Shown here: positions 57,438-64,000 of the stretch, piece by piece
Layout of the letters: each line of letters starts with the position of its first letter
Numbering within the stretch: the first letter of the stretch is position 1
Virus record (IMG/VR): IMGVR_UViG_3300037808_002146
Reading direction: 5' to 3' (one strand)
Length of the DNA stretch: 64,000 nucleotides
DNA from: a virus
Lineage: Duplodnaviria > Caudoviricetes
Notes under the pieces: generated by a model
Seen by the model: only the letters and a program-made list of their open reading frames with translations
Databases searched by the model: none
Told to the model about the DNA's origin: nothing
Made by a program: the position numbers and the translations under genes

Positions 57438-58708
57438 ATTTCTATTAACTCAAATCGAGTCGTAGTCGATTTGCCTTCCTTCCAGTTTTCAACTGTTTTA
57501 GCCAGTGTTGAATCCCAATCATCAATAGTCTTTTGATGATTAAACTCAGATTTAGCGTAGTCTTCGCATTTTTTACTTAGCTTCGCTTTTTCTGCCGATG
57601 GCATTGTATACATTTTTAATATAGCGTCAGAAACAGTATCAGTAGAAACATAATCCTCATATATATAAGGAACGTTTTGTGAACCTACTAGAGAACTTAA
57701 TTCAACTTCTAATGCAATGCCATTTTGTGACTCGTCTCTATGATCCACGACTTGTCTGGTTAATCCGCCTGTCTTAATAGCTATTATAGGTGTTCCAACT
57801 TGCAATGATTCTAAGGTTCCTAAACCGAAACCTTCAGCATAAGAAATATTTATAGAGCAATCAGCTACGTTATGCAAAATATTCATCTCTTGAAAACCTA
57901 CTCTCTCAGTAGAAAAAATAACATTTTCAACAATTCCAAACATCTTAGCAACTTCCGTTAAGTCCGGGCCTTCTTGATCATAGGGATCAGTGTGCATTAT
58001 TAAAGTTGCTGGTTTTCTTTCAGCAACATTATCAATTTTATTTAAAAATTTTGACCAAGATTCTAAGATGTCTGCTGGTCTTTTTCTTTTAGCGTTTCTA
58101 TTTACCCAAAATAAAACAAAATCATTAGCCTTGTTTTCTCCTAGAAGCTTAACTTTGTGCTGCTTCGTTGCCATAGGATCTAATCTATAAAAAACTTCAC
58201 TAGGTAAAGAGTGAGGGATAAAGTTAGTTCTCTCTGGCCAGCGCTCTTTTACTTGAGTATATGTGTGGTGGCTATGACAATTAATCAAATCGGTAGACTT
58301 ATAGAACATATCATTAAAATCTGGATACGGTTTATTATCCCAAACATGCCAATATGCAATTGGACAAATTTGATGAATTTCATCCTCTATTTGCCAAAGC
58401 CAAACAAAAAATCTAGGATCAGTAAAAAGCAAAATAATATCTGGTTTTTCACTAGCTAATAAAGACCTAATCATTTCTGGAGTTCCAAAACCATCAACAG
58501 GTTTTATTAAGAAATCTTCAGCAACTTTTGTTAACGAATAATCGTCGTGTTTAATAGCTGCGCCTAATTGTCTTACCGTCCAGCGACCTTTGTCAACCAA
58601 ACCATTAGCTAAGAATCTAGATTGCACTCCAACTCCGGAAGGACTTAAAGCGTGATCAGAAAGCATTAATATTTTATATTTTTCCATTATACCAAAACCT
58701 AAAATCAA
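57434..58708 (-). CDS. Glycosyltransferase, GT-B fold (GT4-like); true start may be the ATG at 58687
   Basis: VNRNAKRKRP; EGFGLGTLESLQVGTPII; KILMLSDH...SGVG. Confidence 0.9.
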   Translation of the reverse strand: MILGFGIMEKYKILMLSDHALSPSGVGVQSRFLANGLVDKGRWTVRQLGAAIKHDDYSLTKVAEDFLIKPVDGFGTPEMIRSLLASEKPDIILLFTDPRFFVWLWQIEDEIHQICPIAYWHVWDNKPYPDFNDMFYKSTDLINCHSHHTYTQVKERWPERTNFIPHSLPSEVFYRLDPMATKQHKVKLLGENKANDFVLFWVNRNAKRKRPADILESWSKFLNKIDNVAERKPATLIMHTDPYDQEGPDLTEVAKMFGIVENVIFSTERVGFQEMNILHNVADCSINISYAEGFGLGTLESLQVGTPIIAIKTGGLTRQVVDHRDESQNGIALEVELSSLVGSQNVPYIYEDYVSTDTVSDAILKMYTMPSAEKAKLSKKCEDYAKSEFNHQKTIDDWDSTLAKTVENWKEGKSTTTRFELIEI

Positions 58709-59583
58709 CTACCAGTGCAGTGTTCAGTACCTTTATAGTCACAAAATAAACAAGAGTTCCTATTTTTTAAAAATAAGCCTCTCTTCATAGATAAAACCAT
58801 GCTTCTTAAAATAGAAGTACATTTATCTTCAGCTTTGGGGCCGACTGAAACTTTTATTAATTCGCAAGTTTTCCCTCGAGGCGCGCCTCTCTTTAAAAGC
58901 ACAAAACCACATCTTACAGATTTTATATCGATATTGTTTTTTGTTCTCCAAAAATGCTTATAAAGAGCAATTTGTGCCCAAGTTAAAACGTCCCTTCTTT
59001 TGCTAGCGTACCAGCCTTTATCACCAGCAGTTTTCCAATCGATGACCCAATATACTTCATTACCTTTTTTGTCTTTTGTTTTTATAAGGGCGTCAATAAA
59101 CCCTTTAAAATATGCTCCAACTGCGGGCACTGGTTCATACAGTTGTTCCTCAGCAGAAATTACTTCATAATCACCAAATTCGTTTTTTAAAAAATCTGGT
59201 ATTTCTTCCAAGCTGAGTTTGGCGTAGTCTAACCAAGTGTCTATATAAACATGTGACTTTGGTTTCCAGCCATTTGATGCCCTATGAGCTGCTTGCTTAT
59301 CAATAAAGTCTTTTGAGTCAAATCCATGAGTTTTCCACTCTTGCCTAATTTCTTGTAACGCAGAATCGACGTCCATTTTTCCTGTTAGTAAAAAATTCTC
59401 TATCCCATTATGTACAGCGGTACCATATGAAAGGTAGGGAGACATTTCAAACATATTGATCTTATCAATGTATGCTAGCTTATGGCGCCACGGACACTCT
59501 TTCCAGTTTCTAATCTCAGAGTATGATACGTGAGGTTTATGATTGGGTAATATTGGTAATTCGTTATTTTGTTCTATAGACAT
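58705..59583 (-). CDS. PD-(D/E)XK nuclease, Cas4/AddB-like with a four-Cys Fe-S staple
   Basis: SYSEI..W.ECP; GTAVH; KGFIDALI; VIDWKTA; Q.ALY; C-terminal CLFCDYKGTEHC. Confidence 0.85.
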   Translation of the reverse strand: MSIEQNNELPILPNHKPHVSYSEIRNWKECPWRHKLAYIDKINMFEMSPYLSYGTAVHNGIENFLLTGKMDVDSALQEIRQEWKTHGFDSKDFIDKQAAHRASNGWKPKSHVYIDTWLDYAKLSLEEIPDFLKNEFGDYEVISAEEQLYEPVPAVGAYFKGFIDALIKTKDKKGNEVYWVIDWKTAGDKGWYASKRRDVLTWAQIALYKHFWRTKNNIDIKSVRCGFVLLKRGAPRGKTCELIKVSVGPKAEDKCTSILRSMVLSMKRGLFLKNRNSCLFCDYKGTEHCTGS

Positions 59584-59587
59584 TAAT

Positions 59588-59594
59588 TAATTAT
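59588..59594 (-). promoter_or_regulatory. Candidate late-promoter motif ATAATTA
   Basis: ATA-N-TTA instance 4 nt upstream of the ATG at 59583. Confidence 0.4.
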
Positions 59595-59598
59595 AACT

Positions 59599-60570
59599 CT
59601 ATATTTTGCTTTTTACATAACTTAAGTCTGATTCGTACATAATTTTAGCTAGAGATTTAAAATCAGTTTTAGCTTGCCAATTTAATATTTTTTTTGCTTT
59701 AGAAGCGTCTCCCAATAAGTGCGGGACTTCGTGGGGTCGAAATAATCTTTCATCAGTTTCCACAAAATCGCCTATAGAAAGATCAGCAATATCGAATACT
59801 TCTTCTAACCAGTTTTTTACTGTATGAGATTTACCAGTAGCTATAACATAATCGTCAGGCGTTGGATGCTGCATCATTAAGTGCATTGCTCTTACATAAT
59901 CTTTTGCATATCCCCAGTCTCTCATAGCATCTAAGTTTCCTAAGCATAGTTTGTCCTGCAACCCTAACTTGATCCTAGCTGCGGCTAGAGTAATTTTTCT
60001 AGTTACAAAAGTCTCACCGCGTCGAGGAGATTCATGATTGAATAATATTCCGCTACATGCGAATATATTATAAGACTCTCTATAATTTCTAGTAAGATGA
60101 TGGGAATAAACTTTAGCACATGCGTATGGGCTAGCTGGTTGTAACTTAGTATTCTCGTTTTGGGGTACCTCGGGATTATCACCAAACATCTCTGAAGAAC
60201 TTGCTTGATAGAATTTGATATTTCTATTTGTATTTCTAATAGCTTCAAGCACGTTCGTTACGCCAGTGACTATAGTATTAGTAGTAGATAATGGGGTGTC
60301 AAAACTAACGCGAACATGAGATTGAGCTGCTAAATTATAGATTTCATCTGGATTATATTTATTGATAATTCGGTAAATTACGCCTGGATCATCTAATTCG
60401 AAGTATTCTAAATTAAAGTTTTTATGTGCGAATATGTGATCAATTCTATCAGTGCAAATTACGCTAGTTCTTCTCTTTAGACCAACAACCCTATATCCTA
60501 TATTAATAAGATGCTCAGCTAAATAAGAGCCATCTTGTCCGGTTACGCCGGTTATAATCGCAGTCTTCAA
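59599..60570 (-). CDS. gmd: GDP-mannose 4,6-dehydratase (TTG start)
   Basis: ITGVTGQDGSYLAE; NLAAQSHV; YQASSSEMFG; SPYACAK; FNHESPRRGETFVTRKIT; LGNLDAMRDWG. Confidence 0.97.
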   Translation of the reverse strand: MKTAIITGVTGQDGSYLAEHLINIGYRVVGLKRRTSVICTDRIDHIFAHKNFNLEYFELDDPGVIYRIINKYNPDEIYNLAAQSHVRVSFDTPLSTTNTIVTGVTNVLEAIRNTNRNIKFYQASSSEMFGDNPEVPQNENTKLQPASPYACAKVYSHHLTRNYRESYNIFACSGILFNHESPRRGETFVTRKITLAAARIKLGLQDKLCLGNLDAMRDWGYAKDYVRAMHLMMQHPTPDDYVIATGKSHTVKNWLEEVFDIADLSIGDFVETDERLFRPHEVPHLLGDASKAKKILNWQAKTDFKSLAKIMYESDLSYVKSKI

Positions 60571-61511
60571 TCAATTCCCCTAATTTTTGGATAGTTTTCT
60601 AAAAACCATTTTGTAGTCTTTTTTAAGCCCAGCCTAAGGTTTGTATAATTGGTATCATATTTTAAACTGTCCATTTTTTCAGAAGATGAGGGTTTTCTAT
60701 CTTGACCATTCATTTTTTTTGATTCCCATTTTATCCTCAAATTTAGCTCTAAAATAGAGAGTATGTCGTTAGCAACTTCGCTTATCGAATATTCCCTGCT
60801 GCTATTGCCGATGTTGATTACACCTTCAATATTTTTTTTCTTTAACAAAAAAGCAATAATGTCAGGGATATCGTTAGCAAAAGTAAATTCTCGTTTAGGA
60901 GTACCATCTCCCCACAAACTTAAGACACGTTTATTTTTATTAGAAGCTTCATAAGCTTTTAAAATTATACCAGGTATCACGTGTGAATTGTTGGGATCAA
61001 AGTTGTCGTTTATTCCATATAAATTATTTGGAGATACACAAAAGTAATTAAAACCTTTTTGTTTGCTAATCGCTTGTGAATGAATATCCAACATTCTTTT
61101 AGCGTAAGCATAAAACATATTAGATTTGTGAGGAGAACCGTTATGAATATTCGATTCTTGCAACGGGTAAGTAGAATTATCTGGGTAGATGCATGTAGAC
61201 AAAAAAGATATGCATTTTTTTATTTTTGCATTTTTAGCAGCATCTAATACATTGGTATTTATCTGGATATTTTCGCTATAAAATTCATGAGGATAAGTCA
61301 TATTAGCCTTTATACCGCCAACTTTAGCAGCAGTATGGACGACAGCATCTACTTTTTGAGAATTAAAAAATTCGAAAGTTTTTCTTCTGTCTAAAAAGTT
61401 AACGCCACCTTGCGATGGACTGGGTACTACCTCCCAATCGAAACCTTTTATTTTGGAGCTAGAAAAAGCTGTGCCAACCAACCCTGAACCTCCTGTAACT
61501 AATACTTTCAT
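60567..61511 (-). CDS. fcl: GDP-L-fucose synthase (epimerase/reductase)
   Basis: VTGGSGLVG; AAKVGGIKAN; STCIYP; YAYAKR; PNNLYG.NDNF; SHVIPG; WGDGTPKREF. Confidence 0.93.
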   Translation of the reverse strand: MKVLVTGGSGLVGTAFSSSKIKGFDWEVVPSPSQGGVNFLDRRKTFEFFNSQKVDAVVHTAAKVGGIKANMTYPHEFYSENIQINTNVLDAAKNAKIKKCISFLSTCIYPDNSTYPLQESNIHNGSPHKSNMFYAYAKRMLDIHSQAISKQKGFNYFCVSPNNLYGINDNFDPNNSHVIPGIILKAYEASNKNKRVLSLWGDGTPKREFTFANDIPDIIAFLLKKKNIEGVINIGNSSREYSISEVANDILSILELNLRIKWESKKMNGQDRKPSSSEKMDSLKYDTNYTNLRLGLKKTTKWFLENYPKIRGID

Positions 61512-62158
61512 TTTGTTCTTCTTTCGTATAGCATTTCCGCGATTTCGAAGTCTATTTCTTCGTCAATATCTATCGCTTGAATATTATCGATAATATAGGG
61601 GTAGAAATTATTGCCTATAATGCTCTTTTTATTGATTAAAATATCTTTAGGGATGACACTTACTGCGAAATTTAAACCCAAATATTCTGGTAAGTCTTGA
61701 GATCTAGGGTGGGATGTAGGATCATAATTCAGCGGCCGGCCCATATGCCACAAATATTCCCTAACAGTGTGCGTTGTTGATATGGAATCATATTTGGCTT
61801 CTAAATTATTCCAAAGACTGCATATGTCTTTATAAGTCTTATCCGTGACTAATGGATTAGTTACATTGACATACATTATTATATCTGAATCTATGTTTTC
61901 AGCCATGTTTTTCCAAACTTCGTTCATAGGTATGCTACTGGAAGCATAGTAAGCATCCCTCTTAATAGGGGTTGCTCCTAATCTTTTAGCGACGCTCAGC
62001 ATATAGTCACAATCTGAATTAACGCAAATTTCCTCAATAGCATCAATCCTCTTTAACTGATTAATTTTTATCTCTAAGAGTGAAGAATTTGCAAAAGGTC
62101 GAATATTCTTATTCGTCACTCTTTGTGATCCCTGTCTTACTGGTATTAAGGCTTTCAT
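61508..62158 (-). CDS. neuA: CMP-nonulosonate (acylneuraminate) cytidylyltransferase
   Basis: ALIPVRQGSQRVTNKNIRPFANSSLLEIKI; TNPL; IDIDEEIDFEIAE. Confidence 0.85.
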   Translation of the reverse strand: MKALIPVRQGSQRVTNKNIRPFANSSLLEIKINQLKRIDAIEEICVNSDCDYMLSVAKRLGATPIKRDAYYASSSIPMNEVWKNMAENIDSDIIMYVNVTNPLVTDKTYKDICSLWNNLEAKYDSISTTHTVREYLWHMGRPLNYDPTSHPRSQDLPEYLGLNFAVSVIPKDILINKKSIIGNNFYPYIIDNIQAIDIDEEIDFEIAEMLYERRTK

Positions 62159-62949
62159 GATTGATTTAAAGACTCCTTAAAACTTTCATATTTTTTATCG
62201 CTTAAAAATTCTTTAAGCTTCTCGTCAACACAAATTCTATCGTCTTTTCTAAAAATGTTATACTTGAAATATTTGAATTGTAAATCTGGATTGTGTCGAT
62301 CTAGCTTTCCTTCTGCAGTTTTTCCGTCATGTGTTTTTTCCCAATCTTCGATTGTTTCCTTAGAATAAAGCGAATTTAAATAGTTTTCCTTGTATAAGGA
62401 GCGATAAAAATCTATTCCCGTTATGTAGAGCTCTCGAAGAGGCAGACTAACTAAATCTATGATAGCAGAAAACCCCCCGTTGGGACGTAAAGTCTCTTTC
62501 CTTATTGACATATAGGGTTCATCCGGTAATATCCTGACGTTTGCGTCTTGAGATATCTTTGCTAGGGGGTTAATAAATCTAGAAAAAAACCACTCCGCTT
62601 TTGGATAAGTAGAAACAACATACTTGACTTCATTTTTTAAAATATCTTCTCTTAGCTGAATCGAATTTTGACTCATGGATATTAGCCTTTTGTCGCCATC
62701 ATCGATTATAATATCACCAGGTAAAACATCGTTAGTTTCATCATTGTCTGTATATAATACATCAACCCTCGAACCATAAAATTTCCTCATCTCTGGATGA
62801 ACGTAGAAAGATTTAACTCGGCAAACTATATCATAGCTATCTATTAAATTTCCCTGTTCTATATCTTGGATAGATTTCGCTGGACCTACTAGAGCTACCT
62901 TTTTATCTCTTACGAATTCTACAAAATCTTCATTCCTAACCAGTGGCAT
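62155..62949 (-). CDS. GT29-like sialyltransferase
   Basis: L-motif-like VALVGPAKSI...GNLIDSYDIVCRV...YGSRVD; S-motif-like PNGGFSAIIDL...ELYITGIDFY; VS-like HNPDLQ; next to neuA. Confidence 0.7.
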   Translation of the reverse strand: MPLVRNEDFVEFVRDKKVALVGPAKSIQDIEQGNLIDSYDIVCRVKSFYVHPEMRKFYGSRVDVLYTDNDETNDVLPGDIIIDDGDKRLISMSQNSIQLREDILKNEVKYVVSTYPKAEWFFSRFINPLAKISQDANVRILPDEPYMSIRKETLRPNGGFSAIIDLVSLPLRELYITGIDFYRSLYKENYLNSLYSKETIEDWEKTHDGKTAEGKLDRHNPDLQFKYFKYNIFRKDDRICVDEKLKEFLSDKKYESFKESLNQS

Positions 62950-63698
62950 TAGATACTCCTAATTTTTTCTAGAAAAATTTTGTCTTTTTTTAGCTTTTCT
63001 TCTATTAACTTCAAATCGCTATAAGTGTCTAGTGAAATACAATCATCTTCGACTATTTGACCGACTATTTTATAACCGTTTTCTAAAAGTCTTAAGTGTT
63101 CGTGATCTTCTATTTTTTCTAAACTAGTTTTTTCCATGTTATAATAGTCTAAAATAGTCTCTTTTTTAAAAGCCATCAAGTGATAAGCTTTCAACATTGA
63201 TTTAATCTTGTTCTTGGCATTAGAAGGTATATCATTTCTGGAAATGTACATTAGTTCCATTGCTTTATTAAAAACTACTTTAAAATCTGAAGGAGAATTA
63301 AATTTATCAAATTTAATCGCTAATATGCTAGCGGCTGCTTGTTTATTCCGCACTAAAACATTTATACTTTTTTGAATAGAATCTGGGTTTAAGAGTATTT
63401 CATCGCCATTTATTAGTACATAGTAATCATAGTCACCATATGCTTTTACGACTTCGTACATTCTCTCTGTGCCGTTCTTATGCGATTTGCTAGTTAAGAT
63501 AGAGTTTCCGCCAAAAGAATCTATTAAGTTAGAAACTATGATGTCATCAGTGGCTACTACTAAATCGTCTAGCGAATTTGATAATTTTGCTCTCTTGTAT
63601 ACATGCTCTATTAAAGGAATTCCAAAAACTTTTTTCAAAGGCTTTTGTTTTATTCTGCTTGATTCTAACCTAGACGGTATTATTCCCAGTATTTTCAT
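62949..63698 (-). CDS. kdsB: 3-deoxy-manno-octulosonate cytidylyltransferase-like (CMP-Kdo synthetase)
   Basis: IIPSRLESSR..QKPL...GIPLIEHVY.RA; VATDD; GTER; NGDE; LEKIEDHEHLRLLENG; LDT..DL. Confidence 0.88.
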   Translation of the reverse strand: MKILGIIPSRLESSRIKQKPLKKVFGIPLIEHVYKRAKLSNSLDDLVVATDDIIVSNLIDSFGGNSILTSKSHKNGTERMYEVVKAYGDYDYYVLINGDEILLNPDSIQKSINVLVRNKQAAASILAIKFDKFNSPSDFKVVFNKAMELMYISRNDIPSNAKNKIKSMLKAYHLMAFKKETILDYYNMEKTSLEKIEDHEHLRLLENGYKIVGQIVEDDCISLDTYSDLKLIEEKLKKDKIFLEKIRSI

Positions 63699-64000
63699 GG
63701 TAGATAGTTAAAAACAGCATCTTGGACTAAAGGCTCATATTTTGTTTGTGTAAGGGAAATCAAACTAATATTTTTATTTTCACCAAAGTTATAAAATATT
63801 TCTGTATTTTCTTCAAAGGATTCTAGTTCTTTTATAGAAAGGTTCTTTTCTTCATAACCATCATATCCAACAACAAATACATCTTCGGCTTTTACTTCTA
63901 ATGCTATTTGAACTGCTATACCTGTATGAGATTTTCCATAGATTTTAGATATCGATCTCTGTTTTAAGAAGTAAGTTTTATCAAATGCTTTTTCCGGTAC
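63695..64000 (-). CDS. C-terminal 101 aa of a sugar-pathway protein (5' end outside the window); resembles the tail of aldolase-domain proteins found beside kdsB
   Basis: Open frame VPEKAF...GIAVQIALEVKAEDVFVVGYDGY...SLTQTKY...FNYLP; its TGA overlaps the kdsB ATG (ATGA). Confidence 0.55.
   Translation of the reverse strand, partial: VPEKAFDKTYFLKQRSISKIYGKSHTGIAVQIALEVKAEDVFVVGYDGYEEKNLSIKELESFEENTEIFYNFGENKNISLISLTQTKYEPLVQDAVFNYLP

Noticed and set aside
58705-59583. CRISPR-Cas locus around the Cas4-like gene
   Set aside because: No repeat-spacer array, cas1/cas2 or effector genes, and no gap long enough to hold an array.
2280-60248. Short minus-strand alternative-frame ORFs (2280..2462, 29758..29988, 52733..52963, 60003..60248)
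   Set aside because: Fully nested out of frame within well-supported genes, with no recognisable motifs.
9260-60720. Phase-variable homopolymer tracts (A7-A8 in coding regions, e.g. ~9260 and ~60713)
   Set aside because: Lengths are as expected for Lys/Asn codons in AT-rich DNA, and the reading frames are intact.
127-63711. All plus-strand ORFs in the track (60-191 aa)
   Set aside because: Each lies antisense to a long minus-strand gene. They read as shadows of its codon bias (Ala/Ser/Pro-rich), with no family motifs.
1-64000. Alternative genetic code (stop-codon recoding as in some jumbo phages)
   Set aside because: TAA, TAG (13184, 59599) and TGA (51204, 58705, 60567, 63695) all end genes cleanly, and coding density is near complete under code 11.
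1-64000. Giant eukaryotic virus (NCLDV) origin suggested by the sugar genes and huge ORFs
   Set aside because: SD motifs, overlapping operonic genes, a bacterial intrinsic terminator, a sigma-like factor and gp25/gp6-type baseplate genes all indicate a bacteriophage.

Overview
A 64 kb slice of a large (probably jumbo) myovirus-type bacteriophage genome. It is AT-rich, almost fully coding, and every credible gene is on the minus strand. In transcription order (right to left) it holds four blocks. (1) A nucleotide-sugar/glycosylation block: a partial aldolase-like gene, kdsB-like, a GT29-like sialyltransferase, neuA-like, fcl, gmd, a Cas4/AddB-like PD-(D/E)XK nuclease and two GT4 glycosyltransferases. 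(2) A small membrane protein, a gp55-like sigma factor and a small helical protein. (3) A tightly coupled baseplate block: gp5-like spike/hub, gp25-like, gp6-like and gp7/gpI-like wedge proteins, and a 4671-aa LamG-rich giant. (4) Four paralogous or shuffled fibre-like proteins, a cUUCGg terminator and large hypothetical proteins. Two genes missing from the supplied ORF track run off the edges (<1..2901 and 63695..>64000). The most striking unexplained structure is a ~100-155 aa 'plug-in' module present about a dozen times in four baseplate-block proteins. It is inserted inside other domains, nested inside itself, and carries LamG or other cargo domains. Also notable are an ATA-N-TTA motif in most intergenic gaps (candidate late promoter for the encoded sigma factor) and a eukaryote-type sialyltransferase beside CMP-ulosonate synthetases. 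Family calls come from motif recognition by eye; no database searches were run. Domain boundaries inside genes are approximate.
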